Origin: an uncultured archaeon | GTDB taxonomy: Archaea > Iainarchaeota > Iainarchaeia > Iainarchaeales > VGJJ01 | Length of the DNA stretch: 64,000 nucleotides | NCBI GenBank assembly: GCA_964480125.1 | Contig: CAYZNV010000001.1 | Span: forward strand, 3,736 to 67,735 | Direction: 5' to 3' | Part shown: positions 49,742-57,875 of the stretch, in pieces | Layout of the letters: the number at the start of each line of letters is the position of its first letter | Position numbering within the stretch: the first letter of the stretch is position 1 | Translations under genes and position numbers: made by a program | Notes under the pieces: model-generated | What the model saw: only the letters and a program-made list of their open reading frames with translations | Databases searched by the model: none | Told to the model about the DNA's origin: nothing

Positions 49742-50129
49742 TCCCATTTTCTGCGCGGGTGATGATGAGAGAAGAAAATGAGGGATTCAGCGAAGTGGAA
49801 ATAGGAATAGGGCTTTTGGCGATGAATATTTTTGGAGCAAGAAATGAAGCGTGTGTCAATTGCAATTCCAAGTCATTCCCACTAACGGAAAACTCATTGC
49901 TTGCGCTGCTGCTCCATTTGTAGATTATTTTACTCCCAGGGGCTTGGAAGGAAAGAGAATGAAAAATTGATTCGAGCTGCTGCGCATGAGATTTCAATTC
50001 CAACACTTGCTCTTGCAACGCATACGCTTGCATGAGATTGGAAAACGCAGGCGTGAATAAGGCCAGCGCCCCCGCGAGCGCAGCCCAAATCAACAAACTC
50101 TCCAATGACACTTGGCCTTGATTATTCAT
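49722..50129 (-). CDS. Archaeal type IV pilin (DUF361/Pilin_N-like)
   Basis: MNNQGQVSLESLLIWAALAGALALF matches the archetypal [KQ]GQ[VI]S[LI]E class III signal peptide. Confidence 0.6.
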   Translation of the reverse strand: MNNQGQVSLESLLIWAALAGALALFTPAFSNLMQAYALQEQVLELKSHAQQLESIFHSLSFQAPGSKIIYKWSSSASNEFSVSGNDLELQLTHASFLAPKIFIAKSPIPISTSLNPSFSSLIITRAENGITIQSQ

Positions 50130-50131
50130 GG

Positions 50132-50308
50132 TTACTCGATCTGATCAATCTTCGCAAAAACATCCTGTGTTTTCTGCTCGAGCTTCTGCACGCCGCTCGC
50201 GGAAGAAGACTGGAGTTGCGTGACCAACAACAATACCACTGCCACTACTGCCGCCATCACAATAATCAACTCAATCGAAATCTGAGCCTTTGAGTCCAAT
50301 CTACGCAT
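50132..50308 (-). CDS. Small archaeal type IV pilin (58 aa)
   Basis: MRRLDSKAQISIELIIVMAAVVAVVLLLV. Start chosen at MRRLD. Confidence 0.55.
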   Translation of the reverse strand: MRRLDSKAQISIELIIVMAAVVAVVLLLVTQLQSSSASGVQKLEQKTQDVFAKIDQIE

Positions 50309-50433
50309 GCAACACCACTCCTTCCCACAAAGGAAATAATGGCGAAGTGCGCCCAAAAATGCTTTAAAGCTAGGGAAAATTTTTCAAAAAAGAAGCCATT
50401 TGGCGTTCCACTCAAGGGGGATTTATAGGGATT

Positions 50434-51024
50434 TTGGCATTCTCTCATGAGATGAACAACCGCGAATTAACCGACCTATTGACGAGCTGGATCACCCTCT
50501 CAGCCGCATTTGCATTTGTATTCTCGGGAAGCGGATTCAACCTCACAGGGTTCCTCCCCGCGCTCGCGATTGCAGCTATTGCCGTGGGAACGGGCTTTTT
50601 ACTCCACGAATTGGCACACAAATATGTTGCGATTCATTTTGGAGCCAAAGCCGAATTCCGAGCATGGAATATGGGACTGCTTTTCGCACTCGCGGTTGCA
50701 ATATTTGCACGATTTATTTTCGCCGCACCCGGAGCCGTTTACATTTATGGAAAGCATGTGACGCAAAAAGAAAATGGGATTATCTCCGTTGCCGGGCCTG
50801 CCATGAATATCATTATTGGAATTATCGGAATCATCATTGGAGGCATTTATGCCACGAGCCAAATAGGACTCGTAGCGCAAATCGTGGGAAGCATCAACCT
50901 CTACTTAGCGTTCTTCAATTTACTCCCATTCTTCATCCTCGACGGAGCAAAAGTATTCGCGTGGAACAAAGTAGTGTGGGCCGTGCTATTCATCCCCTTG
51001 CTGGGATACTTGTTCTTTTTCTGA
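50434..51024 (+). CDS. Site-2-protease-like M50-family intramembrane metalloprotease
   Basis: HELAH inside a TM helix (LLHELAHKYVA). Polytopic. A second motif region GPAMN..IG. Confidence 0.55.
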   Translation: MAFSHEMNNRELTDLLTSWITLSAAFAFVFSGSGFNLTGFLPALAIAAIAVGTGFLLHELAHKYVAIHFGAKAEFRAWNMGLLFALAVAIFARFIFAAPGAVYIYGKHVTQKENGIISVAGPAMNIIIGIIGIIIGGIYATSQIGLVAQIVGSINLYLAFFNLLPFFILDGAKVFAWNKVVWAVLFIPLLGYLFFF

Positions 51025-51039
51025 ATCGAAAAACAAGCA

Positions 51040-53292
51040 TTAACCCACATAGTTGGGCTTGAATCCTTGTGGAGACTTTACTTGGCGATATTCCGCGTAC
51101 GCTTCCTGCGCATCCGCGGAGACAGAAGAAACCGTCTTCGCGAGGAGCGTGTCGAAGTGCTTCTTGGTGATGGGAGAGGGCTTGAGATCGTTTTCTTGTA
51201 ATGCCGCTAACGCAGCTTCGCGAATCAATCCAGCAAGATCGGCTCCAGAAAAGCCAGTGGTGCGCTTGGCAATGTCCTGCAAGGAAATACCTTTTGCGAG
51301 TGGAACGCCACGCGTGTGGACTTTGAGGATTTCTTCTCGCGCTTTTTCATCCGGCAATTTCACTTCAATAATTTTGTCAATTCTACCCGGGCGCATCAAA
51401 CCCGCATCAATCAAATCAGGGCGATTCGTGGCCGCGACAAACACCACATCTTTCATGGACTCAATTCCATCCAATTCAGTAAGTAACTGATTGACCATGC
51501 GCTCATTTACCCCAGAGTCATTGCCATACCCGCGCGCGGAAGCAATCGAATCCAGTTCGTCGAAGAACACCACTACAGGCGCAACCTGTCGAGCTTTCTT
51601 GAAAACTTGGCGAATACCCTTTTCACTTTCACCGACCCATTTTGAAACAAGCTCCGGACCCTTAATGGAAATGAAATTAGCCTGTGATTCGGTCGCAATG
51701 GCTTTAGCCAGCAATGTTTTTCCTGTGCCCGGAGGACCATACAACAACACGCCGCGTGGAGGACGAATACCCATTTCCTTGAACGCAGAAGGATTCTTGA
51801 GTGGCCACTCTACGGCTTGCTTCAACTGCGCTTTCACATCCTCCAATGAACCCACATCTTCCCATTTCACGTTTGGAACTTCCACCATGACTTCGCGTAA
51901 TGCTGAAGGCTGAATTTCTTTCAACGCGTCTTCGAAGTCTAATTTGGTGACTTTCATTTTCTCCAATACTTCTTCGGGAATCTTTTCTTCTTCTAAATTA
52001 ATCTCAGGCAAGTAGCGGCGAAGGGCTTTCATCGCGGATTCTTTCGCGAGTGCAGTGAGGTCAGCACCCACAAATCCATACGTAATATCCGCAAAGTGTT
52101 CCAAATCCACCTCGTGCAAGGGCATTCCGCGCGTGTGGATCTGCATAATTTCTAATCGCCCTTCTTTATCCGGAACCCCAATCTCAATCTCGCGATCGAA
52201 TCTTCCCGGTCGGCGGAGGGCTTCATCAATGGAGTTCACGCGGTTCGTTGCCGCAATCACAATCACATTCCCGCGGGCTTCCATTCCATCCATCAAGGAA
52301 AGCAGTTGTGCAACCACGCGGCGTTCCACCTCTCCAATGACTTCTTCGCGCTTGGGGGCAATCGCATCAATTTCATCAATAAAAATAATCGAAGGCGCGT
52401 GCTCATCGGCTTCTTTGAAGATTTGTCTTACTCTTTCTTCCGCCTCTCCAACAAACTTACTCATAATTGAAGGGGCATTTACCGAAATGAAATGCGCTTG
52501 GGTTTCATTCGCAACCGCTTTCGCGAGCAATGTCTTTCCCGTGCCGGGAGGACCATGCAACAACACGCCTTTGGGGGGTTCAATTCCTAAGCGACGGAAT
52601 AGTTCCGGATGACGCATGGGGAGTTCAATCATCTCGCGGACTTTCTGGACTTGGTTGCCTAATCCGCCCACATCTTCATATGCAATATGCGACGTGCCTT
52701 CCACTTCTCCTTTCACGGGCTCATCTTTGAGAACGAATTGGGTTGCATCGGTTACTTTCACAATGCCGCGCGGCGTGGTTTCGATCACGCGATAAATGAA
52801 ACCACTACCAAAAACGGTAATCCACACATTATCCCCGCGGGTTAAAGGACGGCCAATGAATGTTTTTTTGAGAATGCGTTCATAACCCGACGCAATAATA
52901 CGCACGTCCTGCGTGGGAGCAAGAACGACTTTCTGGGCTTCTTTGACTTGCGAAGGTCTTACAACGACCTTTTCTCCAAGCCCCACTCCCGCGTTATGGC
53001 GAATCAGGTTGTCCATGCGAATCATGTCCTTGCCCTCATCCTCTGTGCGGGCAGGCCATACAATCGCGGCTGTTTTCTTTGTCCCTTCAATTTCAACGAT
53101 GTCCCCTGAGGTAATATTGAGGGCTTGCTTGGCTTTGCGGTCTAAGGTGACAATGTTCCTCCCCACATGCGTGGGAGAAGGCTCCTGGACCTTCAGGGAG
53201 ACCTGCTTATTGCTTGCCGGGCCATTCGAGGCATTCGGGGCAGAAGGAGGGCCCAATGGATTTGGAGACGAAGGAGTCGGATTTCCAGCCAT
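51040..53292 (-). CDS. cdc48: Cdc48/VCP-type AAA+ ATPase (two AAA domains)
   Basis: N-domain, then D1 GPPGTGKT and IIFIDEID, then D2 GPPGTGKT and [11 protein letters not shown] regions. Confidence 0.9.
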   Translation of the reverse strand: MAGNPTPSSPNPLGPPSAPNASNGPASNKQVSLKVQEPSPTHVGRNIVTLDRKAKQALNITSGDIVEIEGTKKTAAIVWPARTEDEGKDMIRMDNLIRHNAGVGLGEKVVVRPSQVKEAQKVVLAPTQDVRIIASGYERILKKTFIGRPLTRGDNVWITVFGSGFIYRVIETTPRGIVKVTDATQFVLKDEPVKGEVEGTSHIAYEDVGGLGNQVQKVREMIELPMRHPELFRRLGIEPPKGVLLHGPPGTGKTLLAKAVANETQAHFISVNAPSIMSKFVGEAEERVRQIFKEADEHAPSIIFIDEIDAIAPKREEVIGEVERRVVAQLLSLMDGMEARGNVIVIAATNRVNSIDEALRRPGRFDREIEIGVPDKEGRLEIMQIHTRGMPLHEVDLEHFADITYGFVGADLTALAKESAMKALRRYLPEINLEEEKIPEEVLEKMKVTKLDFEDALKEIQPSALREVMVEVPNVKWEDVGSLEDVKAQLKQAVEWPLKNPSAFKEMGIRPPRGVLLYGPPGTGKTLLAKAIATESQANFISIKGPELVSKWVGESEKGIRQVFKKARQVAPVVVFFDELDSIASARGYGNDSGVNERMVNQLLTELDGIESMKDVVFVAATNRPDLIDAGLMRPGRIDKIIEVKLPDEKAREEILKVHTRGVPLAKGISLQDIAKRTTGFSGADLAGLIREAALAALQENDLKPSPITKKHFDTLLAKTVSSVSADAQEAYAEYRQVKSPQGFKPNYVG

Positions 53293-53329
53293 ACTATTGC
53301 AATACTGCAGCCTAAGAGCTTTTTAACCT

Positions 53330-53433
53330 CATTTTTATGGCGAGGCTACATGCGTACCGTTCCGGCGGTACGGTGCGGAGTCGAGGTGCACCGTTGTGCA
53401 CCTCTCAAACTCTTTATGGCGAGGCTACATGCA
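53330..53433. repeat. 20-bp direct repeat TTTATGGCGAGGCTACATGC (two copies) bracketing two perfect hairpins
   Basis: Copies at 53330-53349 and 53414-53433; the second overlaps the stop of the NFACT gene. Between them: GTACCG-TTCCGG-CGGTAC and GAGGTGCAC-CGTT-GTGCACCTC. Confidence 0.45.
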
Positions 53434-54235
53434 GGGAAAGCAGCCCATTAGGAAGCGCAGCCACAATCTCATCCAACGACAACTCTTCCGCGCGCGGGAG
53501 CTTTTTCTGCAACCAGCGCAAGTAGGATTTTCCCACTTCGGTTTTGGTTTTTTCTCCAGGGATGATCTCCGCAATAATAGAGCAGTGCTTTCGAACCGCA
53601 TCAAAGGGACCGGACATAATGCGATTTCCTTCCCCAAATTTTTGCACGCCAATCCCCATGCGCATGGAGGGATCGAACCACTTTCTTTCCCCATAAATCA
53701 TGAACGCACCTTTGCCTAAACTTTCTCCTGCAGGGGCTTTCTTGGAAACCTGTTCATGCGAAACCGAATAGACACGAACGGAAAATAATCCCTTCTTCCA
53801 ACCCGAAGCAAACAGCGCCGCAAACGCAGCCGCATCCTCAAGGTCTTCTTTTTTGCCTTTTACTTTGCCTTCTTTCAACACACAATGCGGCGCCCCATGG
53901 ATGTCCGCGTGAAAATACCAGTCCTTTTCCTCTAAGTGCTTTTTTACCAAAGCCTCATTGGAATGCGTATCCCTTCCCCCAACCACGAGAAGGCCATTCC
54001 GTGTATAGCACCAGTGGAATTTCTCAAACCACTCTTTTTTGCGCACGAGCAGTGGAGATTTCTTTTGAGGCACTTCACCTTTTTTCTTCTCCAATTCCAA
54101 AATCTTTGACTGCACTTTCTGCATTCCTTCTTCGGCACCCTTCATTTTTTGTTTGAGTTTTTTAGCTTGCTCAAAATAATGCAAGGCATTCTGTTGGGCA
54201 GTTTTTGAAAAATCAATAGCGAGTTTCATCATCAA
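53414..54235 (-). CDS. NFACT-R (DUF814) domain protein (short Rqc2/NEMF-like protein lacking NFACT-N)
   Basis: GRDTHSNEALVKKHLEEKDWYFHADIHGAPHCVLKEG is the NFACT-R signature. Coiled-coil N-terminus. Only 273 aa. Confidence 0.55.
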   Translation of the reverse strand: MMMKLAIDFSKTAQQNALHYFEQAKKLKQKMKGAEEGMQKVQSKILELEKKKGEVPQKKSPLLVRKKEWFEKFHWCYTRNGLLVVGGRDTHSNEALVKKHLEEKDWYFHADIHGAPHCVLKEGKVKGKKEDLEDAAAFAALFASGWKKGLFSVRVYSVSHEQVSKKAPAGESLGKGAFMIYGERKWFDPSMRMGIGVQKFGEGNRIMSGPFDAVRKHCSIIAEIIPGEKTKTEVGKSYLRWLQKKLPRAEELSLDEIVAALPNGLLSLHVASP

Positions 54236-56433
54236 ACCTTTTTCACAGGAGTCTTTCGCACACGGGGTTTTGGTGCGGCAGCGAAAGTGGATTTTGGAGT
54301 TGAAGCGCTTGAAGTGCTAGGGGTTGCACTTGCAGTAGCGGCCTTTTCGGCCTGCTTCTTCTTCCACTCATCTTTCGAGGCGCAATCCATATTCAAGCAA
54401 ATCTCGAGGTTAAATTTCTTCCCGCGAAGCTTGATCATGGGCGCTTTACAAGTAGGACAATTCTTATTCAAGCGCAATAACGAGCCCTTTTGGGGAAGCG
54501 AATACGTTTGAGTACAATTAGGATAATTCCCACACCCCAAAAAACGCTTCCCACTCGCCGCGGCCTTGCGCATGAGCATATTCCCTCCATCGCGAGGGCA
54601 TATGGCCAGCACATCCTGGTGGGTAAAGGCCTTGCGCAAGTCGCTAGCAACTTCCATCTTGTGCACGAGGAGTTGCTCGAGGACTTCCAACAACAACTTG
54701 CGCGAGTCATCCACGACTTTGATTTTTTTCTGCTTCCCTTCTGCCACTAAATCCATTTCCTTTTCCAATTCTGCCGTCATCTTGGGTTCGGTCACAATAT
54801 GGCAGTGCTTTTCCAGGGAATCAATCACCGCAAATGCAATCTGATTCGGCTCAATGCTCTTCAAACCCGAAATGTAGCCGCGCGCATACAGCTTGTTGAT
54901 GATTTCCGCACGCGTGGCTTTTGTTCCCAAATTAAGCTCTTCCATCAACTTCAACAAAGCCGATTGCGAGTAGCGCACAGGCGGTTGGGTTTCTTTCGCC
55001 AGCAAATCCACTTTCTTAACCGGCACAAGCTCGCCTTCCTTCAATAGGGGAAGAATGACCTCATTGAGTTGCGAATACGGATAAACGGCTTTCCATCCAG
55101 GAGAAATAATAGTCTGCCCCGTTGCAACAAAGGGCTCGCGATGAATATCCAATTCCACCGAAACATTTTCCGTGAGCGCATCATCCATGAAAGTAGCCAA
55201 GAAACGGCGCGCAATCAACTCAAACACTTTCCATTCTTTCTCCCCAATACTGCGTGGCGGGACGCGCGTGGGATGAATGGGAGGATGATCTTTTGTCTCG
55301 GTCCCACGCGAAGGATTCAGGGGCTTTGAGAGAATCTGCTTCACAAATGGAACGTAATCCGGATTCGCATTCATCGCTTCCAATAGCTCACGCAGATCCA
55401 ACGTAGAAGGATACGCCGAACAATCCGTACGAGGATAGGAAATAAACCCCTGCATGTAGAGGGTTTCCGCCACATGCATGGCTTGGCCGGCCGTAAGACC
55501 TAATCCTGTGGCGGAGCGCAGGTATTGCGTGGTGTTGAAGGGAATGGGCCTTGCAAGGGAACGCGTTTTCTTTGAAACGCTTTTCACTAAAGCTTCTTTT
55601 GCGCCCTTTACTTTTTCAAAAATAGCTTTTGCTTTGGGCTCTTCCCAAAACTTTCCTTCTTTATGAGAAGCTTCAAATGAAACTTTTTCTTTCTCCAATT
55701 GCGCAACAATTTCCCAATAGGGCTTTTTCTCAAAAGCAATACGCTCTTTTTCACGATTCACGATGAGCGCGAGCACAGGGGTTTGCACGCGTCCTACGGA
55801 AATGAAATCCTTCCCCATGCGATTGCCCATAATGGAAACATAGCGTGTAAGAACCGCGCCCCAGACCAAATCAATTTCTCTCCTCGAATCCGCGGAATCC
55901 GAGAGATTGTAATCCACCCCCACTAATTCCGAAAAACTCTTCTGTAATTCTTTGGGAGTCATTGCGGAAAAGTACGCACGATCTACTTTAGCAGTAGGAT
56001 TCGTTTCTTGCATGATGCGCAGGGCTTCCACGCCAATACTCTCTCCTTCGCGATCGGCATCCGTTGCAATGGTAACGGTTTGGGCATCCTTTCCTAAGTT
56101 TCGCAATAAATGCGCAATTTCAGGTTCAGAGGGATTGTAGTCAATGGGGGCATTCACGAGTTCTTTCAAATCCGTGCCCTTCCAATAACTATACTTCTTT
56201 GGAAAATCCACTTCAACGACGTGCCCTTTCAATGGCAAGACAATCGTGGGTTTTTTCTTGAATTCTAATTCAAAATAACGCGCTCTACCATGGGATTTGG
56301 TAATCACCTTTGAATCCGCAAGAATCTGAGCAATTCTCTCTCCGGCAATGGACTTTTCCGCGATAATGATGTGCATACTACTCCTATGGCAAAAACCATT
56401 ATAATAAGAGAAACTATTTCTTAGGAATGCCAA
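54232..56433 (-). CDS. topA: DNA topoisomerase IA (TopA/Topo III-like) with C-terminal zinc ribbons
   Basis: TOPRIM N-terminus MHIIIAEKSIAGERIAQILA. Type IA core. C-terminal C4 ribbons (CPRDGGNM...CGNYPNC, CPTCKAP...C). Confidence 0.85.
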   Translation of the reverse strand: MAFLRNSFSYYNGFCHRSSMHIIIAEKSIAGERIAQILADSKVITKSHGRARYFELEFKKKPTIVLPLKGHVVEVDFPKKYSYWKGTDLKELVNAPIDYNPSEPEIAHLLRNLGKDAQTVTIATDADREGESIGVEALRIMQETNPTAKVDRAYFSAMTPKELQKSFSELVGVDYNLSDSADSRREIDLVWGAVLTRYVSIMGNRMGKDFISVGRVQTPVLALIVNREKERIAFEKKPYWEIVAQLEKEKVSFEASHKEGKFWEEPKAKAIFEKVKGAKEALVKSVSKKTRSLARPIPFNTTQYLRSATGLGLTAGQAMHVAETLYMQGFISYPRTDCSAYPSTLDLRELLEAMNANPDYVPFVKQILSKPLNPSRGTETKDHPPIHPTRVPPRSIGEKEWKVFELIARRFLATFMDDALTENVSVELDIHREPFVATGQTIISPGWKAVYPYSQLNEVILPLLKEGELVPVKKVDLLAKETQPPVRYSQSALLKLMEELNLGTKATRAEIINKLYARGYISGLKSIEPNQIAFAVIDSLEKHCHIVTEPKMTAELEKEMDLVAEGKQKKIKVVDDSRKLLLEVLEQLLVHKMEVASDLRKAFTHQDVLAICPRDGGNMLMRKAAASGKRFLGCGNYPNCTQTYSLPQKGSLLRLNKNCPTCKAPMIKLRGKKFNLEICLNMDCASKDEWKKKQAEKAATASATPSTSSASTPKSTFAAAPKPRVRKTPVKKV

Positions 56434-57209
56434 CCCCGCCGCGCCGAATACGCAATATGAACGCTCGTCGACTCGAAGAGAGAAGACGAAAACAATGGAA
56501 TGCAGAACCGTATCAAAGAGATGACGGAATGAGCTATTCCAAACCCATTGATGAACACCATGGAATCAGAAAAAAACTCAATGTATTACCCCCATTATTC
56601 AAACAGCTCGAAGAAAGAGGTTTTATCGGAAAAGTCATCCTAGATGTGGGCAGCGCAAAACGAAGCGTGTCTGATGAATACTTTCAACGACAGAGCCGAT
56701 TATTCTATCCCACTACTGGAAAAAAAATTATTCGTGTCGACGTTGGATTTGAAAAATTAGCGAGTGAAAAAGAAGGAATATTGGATTTGCAAGCCGATAT
56801 CGAAGACAATTCAACTGATTCCACCATACAAAAGAAACGATTACTTCATGCAGCACGTTATCTTGGAGTTGACCCAAGGAAAAAAATCCCCCAAGTAGAT
56901 ACGCTCGTTTTCTCGGATGTACTCAACTATGTCGATTACCGCCGCTCCATTTTACGAATGAGTCGATTTTTGAAAATTGGAGGGAGAATTGTTATCTTTA
57001 ACCAACCAGGACATGGAATGGGAGATAAATTTCATCCCAAAAGAGGATTAACAGACAACCATCGACTCCTGCAATTATTGGAGCGAATGGGATTTTCAGT
57101 CGAGCACCAGGAGCCAGTCAGTTACAGCCCAAGTACCCCATTATACCCAACTGTCAAACCAGTCACCCCTAATGACCGCGTGTTGATTGTCGCACGACGA
57201 ATTAAATAA
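56427..57209 (+). CDS. Class I methyltransferase-like protein
   Basis: VILDVGSAKRS...DTLVFSDVLNYVD...LKIGGRIVIFN pattern. Start uncertain. Confidence 0.45.
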   Translation: MPTPPRRIRNMNARRLEERRRKQWNAEPYQRDDGMSYSKPIDEHHGIRKKLNVLPPLFKQLEERGFIGKVILDVGSAKRSVSDEYFQRQSRLFYPTTGKKIIRVDVGFEKLASEKEGILDLQADIEDNSTDSTIQKKRLLHAARYLGVDPRKKIPQVDTLVFSDVLNYVDYRRSILRMSRFLKIGGRIVIFNQPGHGMGDKFHPKRGLTDNHRLLQLLERMGFSVEHQEPVSYSPSTPLYPTVKPVTPNDRVLIVARRIK

Positions 57210-57215
57210 AGTAAA

Positions 57216-57698
57216 TTATTCCGCAAACAACTTCTTCTGCAGGGGGATTGCGGGCAAAGAATTGGTCTTGCGCGTTTCAGAAAGAACGGCCATGGAATTG
57301 ATCTCCAACACCCCATCCAATTTACCCAAATCCTCCACCATCTTCTTGGCTTTAGGAAAATCAGGCACTAACAACTTCAACACAAAATTATGATTCCCCA
57401 GCACGTGCGCATACTCAAGAACAAAATCCATATCCGCGAACTTTCTCTCCAACGAAGTAATCTTCGCAGGGTCGGCTTTCAGCAGCGCATAAATGGGTTT
57501 AGAATAACCCAACGAATCATAATTCAACTCGGCACGAACCCCATGAATGAGATTCTGGCGCTTCAAGCGCTCAAAGCGTTTCTTGATTGCCACATCCGTG
57601 AGCTTTGTTTCTCTAGCAATCTGAGAAAAAGAAGCACGACCATCTTCCATGAGACGCTGCAAAATCAACTTATCAATGCGATCAAAGGAAACCATAGC
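57216..57698 (-). CDS. lrp: Lrp/AsnC-family transcriptional regulator
   Basis: HTH ...ASFSQIARETKLTDVAIKKRFERL and a RAM domain. Start set at MVSFDRIDK; TTATATT box about 28 nt upstream. Confidence 0.8.
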   Translation of the reverse strand, partial: AMVSFDRIDKLILQRLMEDGRASFSQIARETKLTDVAIKKRFERLKRQNLIHGVRAELNYDSLGYSKPIYALLKADPAKITSLERKFADMDFVLEYAHVLGNHNFVLKLLVPDFPKAKKMVEDLGKLDGVLEINSMAVLSETRKTNSLPAIPLQKKLFAE

Positions 57699-57760
57699 AG
57701 GATAGAAGCAGCACAGAAATATAAGTGGAGCGGATGCATGGTTCGGATTCCAAACCTGCC

Positions 57761-57810
57761 CGGTTTCGTCCGGGCGGACCGAGGAAGGGTTATTGCAACT
57801 GCAATAACCC
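57761..57810 (-). repeat. Composite intergenic element, copy B: ORB-like motif plus palindrome GGTTATTGCA-ACTG-CAATAACC, upstream of lrp
   Basis: Reverse complement reads GGTTATTGCAGTTGCAATAACC-CTTC-CTCGGTCCGCCCGGACGAAACCG, collinear with copy A. The palindrome arms are lengthened but remain symmetric. Confidence 0.45.
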
Positions 57811-57840
57811 AACAATTTTTCTTTTTTGAATGGGCGACTA

Positions 57841-57868
57841 CTTTTTTCTTTTTTAAAAAGAAAAAAGG
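57841..57868 (-). terminator. T-rich palindromic terminator downstream of the 57876-59399 gene
   Basis: CTTTTTTCTTTTT/AAAAAGAAAAAAG perfect 13-nt inverted repeat beginning 8 nt after the stop. Confidence 0.45.
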
Positions 57869-57875
57869 AGTGCGA

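Noticed and set aside
51053-52612. Several plus-strand ORFs (145-185 aa) inside cdc48
   Set aside because: Antisense to a gene with paired Walker A/B motifs in both AAA domains. S/T/A-rich shadows.
53330-53433. Possible mini-CRISPR: two 20-bp direct repeats with an 64-bp spacer
   Set aside because: Only two copies. The repeat is shorter than typical CRISPR repeats. The second copy is simply the 3' end of a protein-coding gene. No cas genes in the window.
57731-57790. tRNA-like T-arm resemblance (GGTTCGGATTCC; CCCGG-TTTCGTC-CCGGG)
   Set aside because: No acceptor, D or anticodon arms could be assembled. The loop does not fit the T-psi-C-R-A consensus. The segment is better explained as copy B of the composite repeat.
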